Virus record (IMG/VR): IMGVR_UViG_3300044971_004534
Strand: one strand, 5' to 3'
Length of the DNA stretch: 64,000 nucleotides
Origin: a virus
A program made the translations under genes and the position numbers. The notes beneath the pieces are model-generated. The model was not told the DNA's origin and searched no databases. It worked only from the letters and a program-made list of their open reading frames with translations. Shown here one piece after another: positions 17,047-24,263 of this stretch; the stretch's first letter is position 1; each line of letters starts with the position of its first letter.

Positions 17047-17555
17047 TGTATGCAATAGTAAATACTTCTGGGAGACATTTGAGTTTGCAAGATTTGAGAG
17101 TAATGCTTTCTCCAAGAGAAAGAATAGATTTAGATTCTGTGTGTGACCGTAGAGAAATAGAAGCAAGTACTCATTTAAAGCATGCGCTGAAAAAAGGCTA
17201 TGTAAAGGTTGTTGTCAAAGACAAGGAGGGTCATGATTTTAGTGTTCCTCAAACTCAGTCTGGAATTACTAAAGATGATTTAAATAAAATAAAATCAGAG
17301 ATAGCCAGCATTATACAGGATGCGATTAAGTCCATGCCATCTTCTACAGTTGTGGTTCAAGGTGGTGTTGTTGATAAAAACGCCGATCATGTTGATCACG
17401 GCATTGAAATGTCAGACGAAGTTCTTGATCACATTCATAAAAAAGCAGTTGATCGTTTAATGAACAATACTGAAAAAACAGTAGATGTTAAGCCGGTACA
17501 TGGTTCTAATTTAAATATCAAAAAGAATCTTGATGAGTTAGAAGATTTACTATAA
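17046..17555 (+). CDS. Hypothetical protein
   Basis: 169-aa ORF, translationally coupled to the zinc-ribbon ORF and lying immediately upstream of the actin-fold gene. Confidence 0.65.
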   Translation: MYAIVNTSGRHLSLQDLRVMLSPRERIDLDSVCDRREIEASTHLKHALKKGYVKVVVKDKEGHDFSVPQTQSGITKDDLNKIKSEIASIIQDAIKSMPSSTVVVQGGVVDKNADHVDHGIEMSDEVLDHIHKKAVDRLMNNTEKTVDVKPVHGSNLNIKKNLDELEDLL

Positions 17556-17568
17556 ACAGGAGATACGC

Positions 17569-18624
17569 ATGTCAATATCAGCAGGTTACGATGTCGGTAC
17601 TATGTTCTGTCAAATGGCCAAATCTGGCAAGTCAGGTGATGCTGTTTTTTCTACGATAAGGAATGCGTTTGTTGAAATACCAGAGTCGGAAGATGTGGAA
17701 GAAATACTTTCAAGAAACGGATGGCAATGGGTTAGAGACGGTAAAAGTGTTTTTGTTATAGGAGAAGATAGCGTTCAAGTTGCTAAGCTATTTCCTGGGA
17801 AGGTAGAAATAAGGCGTCCTCTACAAGACGGAGTGTTGAACAAAAACGAAGAAAAGAAGAATATTGTTCTTGCTTCTATCATTGAAAGTCAGCTTGGTAA
17901 AGCTCCAGATGAAGAATCTATTGTTACTACCTGCATTTCTTCTCCTTGTGTTGACAGTAGTGGAGACAGCACATTCCATGCTGCTAGATTAAAAAGCATG
18001 TTTTCCAGACTGGGCTGGAACGTTAAGGTAATTGAGGAAGCTCTCGCTGTTGTATTAAGCGAGCGTCCATGTGTGATAGAAGACGATGGTACAGAAATCC
18101 CATACTCTGGCATAGGCATGAGCTTTGGCGCAGGTCGAGCTAATTGCATGCTTGCTTTTAAGGGCATGCCAATACTTGGCATGAGTGTATCTCGTTCTGG
18201 TGATTGGATAGATCGCATGGTCAGTGAACAGACTGGCGTGCCAATCGCTCAAGTAATGGAGGCAAAAGAAAGACGACTTGATTTTAATAAAATCGACATG
18301 GATGATGATGTGCTATTTGCCTTAGATGCCTACTACGATGCAATGCTTAAGCACGTTTTTTCTTTATTTGCCAAGAAGTTCAAGGAAGTCAAGGCAGAAT
18401 TTAGCAAACCTCTTGATGTTGTGGTGGCTGGTGGAACTAGTATGCCATCTGGTTTTGAAAAGAAAGTAGAATCAGCTATACGTTCATATGACCTACCTTT
18501 TAAGGTAAATTGTGTCAGAAAGAGTAAAGATCCAAGGAATGCGGTTGTTGCTGGCCTGTTGACTCAGGCTGAAATAGTAAGAAGAAAGCTAGAGAAAGGT
18601 CAAATATCAAAGGATAGCATTTAA
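17569..18624 (+). CDS. Actin-fold (ASKHA) protein, MreB-like
   Basis: An AGGAG SD precedes the ATG. Motifs appear in order: phosphate-1 GYDVGTMF, MreB-like RPLQDGVL (nt ~17815), IEEALAVVL, phosphate-2-like GIGMSFGAGRAN, adenosine motif VVVAGGTSMPSGF, and C-terminal DPRNAVVAGLL. At 351 aa the size is MreB-like. Confidence 0.7.
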   Translation: MSISAGYDVGTMFCQMAKSGKSGDAVFSTIRNAFVEIPESEDVEEILSRNGWQWVRDGKSVFVIGEDSVQVAKLFPGKVEIRRPLQDGVLNKNEEKKNIVLASIIESQLGKAPDEESIVTTCISSPCVDSSGDSTFHAARLKSMFSRLGWNVKVIEEALAVVLSERPCVIEDDGTEIPYSGIGMSFGAGRANCMLAFKGMPILGMSVSRSGDWIDRMVSEQTGVPIAQVMEAKERRLDFNKIDMDDDVLFALDAYYDAMLKHVFSLFAKKFKEVKAEFSKPLDVVVAGGTSMPSGFEKKVESAIRSYDLPFKVNCVRKSKDPRNAVVAGLLTQAEIVRRKLEKGQISKDSI

Positions 18625-19349
18625 TGGGATACGCCACACCTCAATTAGTACAAAGAGTATTGACTCAGTCTCTTACTTCAGCTACCCAGCCTACTTTAAC
18701 TGGTAAGGGTCAGCTTATGAATTTTGGTGCCACTTTAGATAAGAATTTAATAAGTGATGATATTATGAATCAGCATATTAATATTGCTGATACATTCATT
18801 AACGGAGTTCTTAGTGTTCTTTACAAGACGCCACTTAAAGAAATAGCTGATATTGAATGCAAATTGGCCGTTGATATAGATGTATATGGTTCAGAGGTTA
18901 TACTTGTTTCTCCACAAGCAAATGTTTTTGTGCCTGGAGATGTAATAGTTATTACTGATGGTACTTATGATGAAAAAAGAACGGTATCTGAAATTTCTAG
19001 TGACAACATACTGAAATTTACTGACAATATTACTGGTATGTTTTCTGCAGATATTACAAGAGTCTTGCGCGTAAGATTTCCTGATCCCATTCCAAATACT
19101 AGTGCACGTCTGGCTGCAGCGAGTATTTATGATCGATATTTTTCTTCACAGTCAACTGTTCAAAATTCAGAATTTGGAAAACTATTAAGAAATCAAGTCA
19201 AAATTGATTTAAATAATATAATGAATGGAAGGACCGTTCTGCATGGTCAGCATAGAATAGGCGACAGATTTGTCAATTCTCACCTTAAGGATAGATATGG
19301 ATTGAGAAATATTGAGAGTGATGGATCAAGAGACATTGGAGACTTATAA
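18624..19349 (+). CDS. Putative head-tail connector / head completion protein (DUF1320-like N-terminus)
   Basis: The N-terminus MGYATPQLVQRVLTQSL... and the ...INIADTFINGVLSVLYKTPL pattern resemble Mu gp36/DUF1320-type adaptors. It lies upstream of the tail genes and is TAATG-coupled to the upstream gene. This is weak by-eye similarity. Confidence 0.35.
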   Translation: MGYATPQLVQRVLTQSLTSATQPTLTGKGQLMNFGATLDKNLISDDIMNQHINIADTFINGVLSVLYKTPLKEIADIECKLAVDIDVYGSEVILVSPQANVFVPGDVIVITDGTYDEKRTVSEISSDNILKFTDNITGMFSADITRVLRVRFPDPIPNTSARLAAASIYDRYFSSQSTVQNSEFGKLLRNQVKIDLNNIMNGRTVLHGQHRIGDRFVNSHLKDRYGLRNIESDGSRDIGDL

Positions 19350-19597
19350 TGAGTAATGAAAATCTAAAATCTCAGCTTATGGCATTGCAAAACCAGCTTA
19401 GCAAGATTTCTGCGCAATCTGGGTCTACATCAATGTCGCCTCCAGTATTCTCAAGTAGAGAGGAAGCCGCTAAGTCCAAGCCATTTGTAGATGATTCTAA
19501 AATAGAAATGAACGAAGCTGCTTTGACTGAAAAGGTGAGTGCTATAGTTATGGATGCAGTAGAAAAAGAGTTGTCAAAAATTTTTAGCAAGTACTGA
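19349..19597 (+). CDS. Hypothetical small protein
   Basis: 82-aa ORF with a TAATG junction at 19347-19351. No motif recognised. Confidence 0.55.
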   Translation: MSNENLKSQLMALQNQLSKISAQSGSTSMSPPVFSSREEAAKSKPFVDDSKIEMNEAALTEKVSAIVMDAVEKELSKIFSKY

Positions 19598-19599
19598 TT

Positions 19600-20502
19600 A
19601 TGGAAGAAGTATTAGACAGTTTAAGAAAAATTATCAACAGATGGGTAAACACAGAATCAGTGATTACCGAAGATGTCATCGTTAATGATGTTCTATTAAA
19701 AGTTAATAATTCTCTTAGATTTAGAGAGGGTGATGAAGTTTTAATTGTTGACAATAGAGATGAATTTGAGCATCCATTATATGTGAAGAGCATTCCTGAT
19801 GAGACTACTGTGGAACTTAATACTCCTGTGCGTTTTAATTGGAACGTTGCAAATAGTGCGAAGCTTAAAAAATCAGTAGCTGGCAGATTTGTGCAAGGTG
19901 TATATCTAGGAGATCCTAATACTATACCAAGATTTCCTGCTATCACAGTCGTTGGTGAGAATCAAAATTCAAACTGGACAACTTTAGAAAGCACTACGGA
20001 AACTTATGATGTTAGCATAAATTGCTACATAGAAGACAGCACTTTAGAAGATGGATATCGCGCTTTAATGAGGCTGACAAAATTAATTGAATTTGGTTTA
20101 AAAAGAAATATGTTTCCTTTAGTTGGTGAGAGATCTCACACTAGTCTTACAGCTGCAGCAGAACCAAATGATTTATATTTAAAGGTAGAAAGCACAGATG
20201 GTATGGTTGCTGAGCAGTTAATACTTTTAGAAAGTAACTTTGCTGCAGAGCAAGTCATTATCAAAAGCATTATAGATGAAACAACTATAGAATTAGTTCA
20301 GGGTCCATACTTCTCATATCCAATGGTGAACGATCCAAGAGCAATTATTGTAACAAGATTTTTGTATAAATGTTGGCCAAAAAGTATTAATTATGGATTT
20401 GTACACAAAGACACATTATTAAAGGCTAGCAAGATTAGTTGGAGTGGAGAAGAAATTCAGCAACACGGCTCAATTGGATGGTGGGATACTCCGAGAAATT
20501 AA
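19600..20502 (+). CDS. Hypothetical protein (neck/tail-completion candidate by position)
   Basis: 300-aa ORF between the connector-like and tail genes. No motif recognised. Confidence 0.4.
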   Translation: MEEVLDSLRKIINRWVNTESVITEDVIVNDVLLKVNNSLRFREGDEVLIVDNRDEFEHPLYVKSIPDETTVELNTPVRFNWNVANSAKLKKSVAGRFVQGVYLGDPNTIPRFPAITVVGENQNSNWTTLESTTETYDVSINCYIEDSTLEDGYRALMRLTKLIEFGLKRNMFPLVGERSHTSLTAAAEPNDLYLKVESTDGMVAEQLILLESNFAAEQVIIKSIIDETTIELVQGPYFSYPMVNDPRAIIVTRFLYKCWPKSINYGFVHKDTLLKASKISWSGEEIQQHGSIGWWDTPRN

Positions 20503-20503
20503 T

Positions 20504-21649
20504 ATGAAAATATTAATTATTGGCCCCTCTCCTTACATGAAGCACGATCCAGGATTGATGGTAAACGATTTTATTAAACTTGCTAGTAAAGATCGTCAAG
20601 TTTTTGGTTGTTTCTATCATCACGATTTTTCTAAGTTGCCTCTAGAAAACACTAATGAGTTTCATTATGGCTCTGGATCAGTAGATGCAAAATGGATAGA
20701 CAATTCTCAAGAAAATGCAGCAGTAATTGCTGCTTATGATGCAATCATGGAATGGGAAATCGATTGCATAGTTAGTTTTGGTAGTTATATAGAAGCAGAT
20801 TTTATTAGAGCAGCTAAAGAAACTTCTGGTAGAGAGATTGCCTGGCATCATGTGCTTACCATGGCTAATCATGTTCACGATGTACGATACGCTGAAACTT
20901 TTAATAATATAGATTTTATATATAGCTTTTCTGAATCCCAATTAGAGAATATAGTATCAACGCTTGGAGTTTTAAAAGATAAACTGTGCGTTTTAGAAAA
21001 ACCATGTAAAGTAACCAGTTCAAATTCTGAAAAGACTGTTGATATTTTATGTGGTGGATGGAATACAGAGTCGTATAATTTTAAGTCTATTTTTGAATCT
21101 GTCGCTGGGTTAAGCGCATCTTTCAAGTGTTTAACAAATTACTATGAATATGGAGATTATGATCTTGAAGCAATGAAGAACTGCTATTTTAATAATCAAG
21201 AAATATATCCGTCTGATTTTGCTAGCCTATTTGAAAAACCCGCATATGAGCAATGGGATCATTTCATTGAAAATTGTAAAATTTTTATTGACATGAGTAT
21301 GAGTCAAGGGTCCTGTAGTACTGCAAAAACTGCTCACGCAAGTGGTGCGTTTTGTTTTCTTATAGACACTCCAAGACACAGAGAGTTGTCTCGTTATTTT
21401 AGTAATATTAGATTGATAAAATCTTCTGTTTTTTTTAGTTCCTCTGGCATCAAAATGTATGTTCCAGATCATTTAGATTTGCATATGCAATTAGTTGAGT
21501 ATCTTTCTAATAGCTCTAATTTGTCTAGAAAATACGATATTTACGATAATTATGACAAAAAAGAAGGGAAGGATTTAGAATATTTATTAAATAACATAAT
21601 ACAAGCAGATTCTGCAGGAAGGTGTATAGGGATAGAATCAATAACATAA
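20504..21649 (+). CDS. GT-B-like protein, possible (degenerate) glycosyltransferase
   Basis: I prefer the ATG at 20504 (MKILIIGPSPY..., a typical GT-B N-terminus), 2 nt after the upstream stop. The C-terminal segment SQGSCSTAKTAHASGAFCFLIDTP only loosely resembles the EX7E region. Confidence 0.35.
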   Translation: MKILIIGPSPYMKHDPGLMVNDFIKLASKDRQVFGCFYHHDFSKLPLENTNEFHYGSGSVDAKWIDNSQENAAVIAAYDAIMEWEIDCIVSFGSYIEADFIRAAKETSGREIAWHHVLTMANHVHDVRYAETFNNIDFIYSFSESQLENIVSTLGVLKDKLCVLEKPCKVTSSNSEKTVDILCGGWNTESYNFKSIFESVAGLSASFKCLTNYYEYGDYDLEAMKNCYFNNQEIYPSDFASLFEKPAYEQWDHFIENCKIFIDMSMSQGSCSTAKTAHASGAFCFLIDTPRHRELSRYFSNIRLIKSSVFFSSSGIKMYVPDHLDLHMQLVEYLSNSSNLSRKYDIYDNYDKKEGKDLEYLLNNIIQADSAGRCIGIESIT

Positions 21650-21668
21650 GGTGGAGGAATGAACCAAA

Positions 21669-22055
21669 ATGGCAAGCATTTCGTTTGAAAAATACAAAAT
21701 TATATCAGACAACTTAGGGGAAGCCCGTACTTCTATCCTTGCAGCAATAGATAAAATGTTTTCTGCAGTCTACGAAGTAGCGGTATTAGATGACGTTCAG
21801 CAAACTCTAGATTTATTGCAGCCCATGTTCGCTGCATATCAGTTGGCAGATCAGACTCTTCGTAGCATTAATAACTTTACTTCCGCCGTCACCGCATTAA
21901 ATAATCACGTTGTTCGCAGGAATGCATCCTACGATACAGTAAATGATTTCTTAGATGCAAATAATGCAGATTCGCCTGCAAACAATCTAGATGCACAATT
22001 TGTTGACATGTCAAACACTTTAGGCTATGACATCAATGCATCTTATTCTGAATAA
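21669..22055 (+). CDS. Hypothetical protein (tail-associated by position)
   Basis: 128-aa helical ORF with GGTGGAGG upstream. It lies immediately before the major tail gene. Confidence 0.45.
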   Translation: MASISFEKYKIISDNLGEARTSILAAIDKMFSAVYEVAVLDDVQQTLDLLQPMFAAYQLADQTLRSINNFTSAVTALNNHVVRRNASYDTVNDFLDANNADSPANNLDAQFVDMSNTLGYDINASYSE

Positions 22056-22081
22056 ATCATTAATACAAACTGAGGAGTAAT

Positions 22082-23191
22082 ATGCCAGTAGAAGGACAAC
22101 CATCATTTAGCGTTCCTCCGCCACTAGGACTAGCAGATCCAACTGCACGTCCAGCTTATGCTGGATATTCTGGCTTTGTTACTTATGAAGCCAATCTTGG
22201 CGGTGCTTTAAATAAATACCTTATTCGTGCAGATAGTTGCACATTAAAAGGCACTCAAAACATAGATACTATTAGAGATATTGACGGTTCTATTGACTCT
22301 ACAAGATATGCTCTTAAGCCATTTGAGCTTAATGGAGACATTAGCTTTAAGTTAGATTCAGCTCCAGACAGTGTTGGGTATCAGGCATTTTCTCGTATTT
22401 ATAGAGACACGGTTGAGCGTAGCTCAGATGGTCGTCTTAAGATAAGAGAAGTTCCTGGTTGCAGAAATATGCTTGTTCGTTATAATGGCGAGGTTTCATA
22501 TAGATACTTAGATCTAGTTCCCAGTAGAATGACCATTACCTGCAACGCTGGAGATGCCCTTAACGTTCAGGTGTCTTTCATGGGAAGAGGCCGTGAGGGT
22601 CCATTTGATGGCACTAGCGCCATTATGGGAGATGGGTTGGGTTCTTCCGTTGGAGGAAAGGTTAACGTTGCTCCTGTCCGTGTAGTAACTTATAATGACG
22701 TTACGATTGACATTGAGCAGTCTCCAATCGCTACCGGAGTCGTTGTTAATACTCCTCCAAACATTACAAGACTCCCCCTTGTGAAAAGTTTTTCTGTTAC
22801 AATAGACAATCAGGTTGAGGCAGTCCATACATTGAGTGGAACCTTGGCTGCTTATGATCTGGTTGCCAAGAAGCGTCAGATCACTGGTAGAATAGATTTC
22901 TTGGGCAGAAATAGGGATATAGCAGACTATGCTATGTATAACGAAATTGGTCAGACTTCTCGCGCCAATTTACTATTCAATGTAAGATTTGGTAACGTCA
23001 CCAAGACATTATTTAAACTTCGTGGAGTGGTGTTTAAGCTTGAGTCTATGGATTTAACAAATGATGTACTGAATTCATCTATGGACTTTATGGCTCTTGG
23101 AGATCAGGCCTTCAATTACGAGGCAATATCAGCTTTAGAGACTCCAGGCACGAACGCTAACGGCGCTCAGCACCCATATCCATTCATTTGA
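22082..23191 (+). CDS. Major tail (tube) protein
   Basis: 369-aa ORF with a strong GAGGAG SD. It lies immediately upstream of the frameshifting chaperone pair and the tape measure gene, which is the conserved order in long-tailed phages. The call is positional. Confidence 0.6.
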   Translation: MPVEGQPSFSVPPPLGLADPTARPAYAGYSGFVTYEANLGGALNKYLIRADSCTLKGTQNIDTIRDIDGSIDSTRYALKPFELNGDISFKLDSAPDSVGYQAFSRIYRDTVERSSDGRLKIREVPGCRNMLVRYNGEVSYRYLDLVPSRMTITCNAGDALNVQVSFMGRGREGPFDGTSAIMGDGLGSSVGGKVNVAPVRVVTYNDVTIDIEQSPIATGVVVNTPPNITRLPLVKSFSVTIDNQVEAVHTLSGTLAAYDLVAKKRQITGRIDFLGRNRDIADYAMYNEIGQTSRANLLFNVRFGNVTKTLFKLRGVVFKLESMDLTNDVLNSSMDFMALGDQAFNYEAISALETPGTNANGAQHPYPFI

Positions 23192-23199
23192 TAATGTCG

Positions 23200-23219
23200 A
23201 TATAGCATTGAGGCTATAT
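23200..23219 (+). terminator. Weak hairpin after the major tail gene (possible attenuator)
   Basis: ATATAGC (23200-23206) pairs with GCTATAT (23213-23219) around a 6-nt loop. The stem is AT-rich and has no clean T-tract (followed by tcgaatt). Confidence 0.25.
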
Positions 23220-23226
23220 TCGAATT

Positions 23227-23634
23227 GTGAAAAATGTAACATTGCATCAAAAAGCAAAGGTTTACTTGGAAAACGGCTCTTTTGTCTATGCCAAAGAGCT
23301 TTTTTCTCCAATTGAAGAACCGGTTCCTGAGAATATTTATGTCTTTGATATTGAAGCAGAATGGACTTTTCCTACTGCAACTACAAGGGCAAAAATGTTA
23401 AAACAGGTAGAAATTTTTGACCCAATTAAGATTGAAATTGGCTATGACCTATTAGCTTACAAAAACGTGTTTATAGAAACGTTTTTAAAATCTTGGCGAA
23501 TACGTGGACCGGATACTGATATTTCTAATAAAGATACTTCATTGGAAGATCTTCCATGTGATTTTGTAGATATTATGTATGACAAAATTTACAATCTCAC
23601 TCGAAAGGCTGAAGATGAACTGGGAAAAGTATAG
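23227..23634 (+). CDS. Tail assembly chaperone (gpG-like, zero-frame product)
   Basis: 135-aa ORF with a GTG start, lying between the major tail gene and the tape measure gene. It ends 4 nt after a canonical slippery heptamer. Confidence 0.7.
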   Translation: MKNVTLHQKAKVYLENGSFVYAKELFSPIEEPVPENIYVFDIEAEWTFPTATTRAKMLKQVEIFDPIKIEIGYDLLAYKNVFIETFLKSWRIRGPDTDISNKDTSLEDLPCDFVDIMYDKIYNLTRKAEDELGKV

Positions 23635-23861
23635 AGGCACTTCGGAGCATACTGACTGGTAAAAAAATATCTGAAGTGCCAGAAGCTTGTAGAGAGTATA
23701 TTATAGTGCAAGATGTTGGTTGGACTCTGGACTATATTAGATCTTTAGATGAGAATGAAAAAGAATTTTTCTATCTTATGGCTTTAATGAAATTGCATTA
23801 CAAAAATTTTGACATCGTTAATATGATGTATATGAGTTCAACAGGAAAATCTTTAATATAA
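23227..23861 (+). CDS. Tail assembly chaperone frameshift fusion (gpGT-like), join(23227..23628,23628..23861)
   Basis: A -1 slip at 23622-23628 would give 134 aa plus 77 aa (...ELGK/SIEALRSILTGKKISEVPEACREY...GKSLI), 211 aa in total. The listed 61-aa ORF 23676..23861 has only a GTG start and no SD, which fits its being the T-extension rather than an independent gene. Confidence 0.7.
23622..23628 (+). promoter_or_regulatory. Programmed -1 ribosomal frameshift slippery heptamer G_GGA_AAA
   Basis: The zero-frame codons are CTG GGA AAA GTA TAG (23620-23634), giving X_XXY_YYZ = G_GGA_AAA at 23622-23628. The -1 frame has no stop codons from 23625 through the listed ORF 23676..23861; I checked every codon from 23628 to 23678. 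Confidence 0.75.
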
Positions 23862-23871
23862 AGGAGAAAAT

Positions 23872-24255
23872 ATGGGAATTTTTATAACAGATAATGACAG
23901 TTTTGATATCACATTTTTTTGTGGCGAATTGAATGGAGATATCGCTTGTGTTGGTTCTGAATCTGAAGCAAAAGAAAAATTTACTAATAATGCTTTTGAA
24001 AAACATATAGTTACTTTTAAGAAAATGAATTACGGTACTTTAAAGAAAGTTCAAGCAGCATGCATGCAGGATTCTGATGGAAAGTTTTCTTTTAACCCAA
24101 TAAAGTTTAGAGCAGAAAGATTTTCACAGTCATTGAAAAAGTGGTCATTTAAAGATGCTTCGGGCAATCCAGTGCCGGTTACCCCTCAAGCTTTAGACAA
24201 TCTTTCTAGCTCAATTGCCTTTTATTTAATGGATGAATTTGATAAGAAAGTATAA
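23872..24255 (+). CDS. Hypothetical protein between chaperone and tape measure
   Basis: 127-aa ORF with an AAGGAG SD. No motif recognised. Confidence 0.6.
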   Translation: MGIFITDNDSFDITFFCGELNGDIACVGSESEAKEKFTNNAFEKHIVTFKKMNYGTLKKVQAACMQDSDGKFSFNPIKFRAERFSQSLKKWSFKDASGNPVPVTPQALDNLSSSIAFYLMDEFDKKV

Positions 24256-24263
24256 GATAAACT

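Noticed and set aside
17046-18624. ParMRC-type plasmid/prophage partition cassette (actin-like ATPase plus adaptor plus centromere)
   Set aside because: No array of direct repeats (a centromere-like site) is visible next to these genes, and there is essentially no non-coding DNA here. The flanking genes are virion-type. The actin fold is kept as a finding, but the partition-locus interpretation is not supported.
23661-23667. A7 run (aaaaaaa) as the chaperone frameshift site
   Set aside because: It lies downstream of the zero-frame stop codon (23632-23634), so ribosomes in the G frame never reach it. The correctly phased G_GGA_AAA at 23622-23628 explains the fusion.
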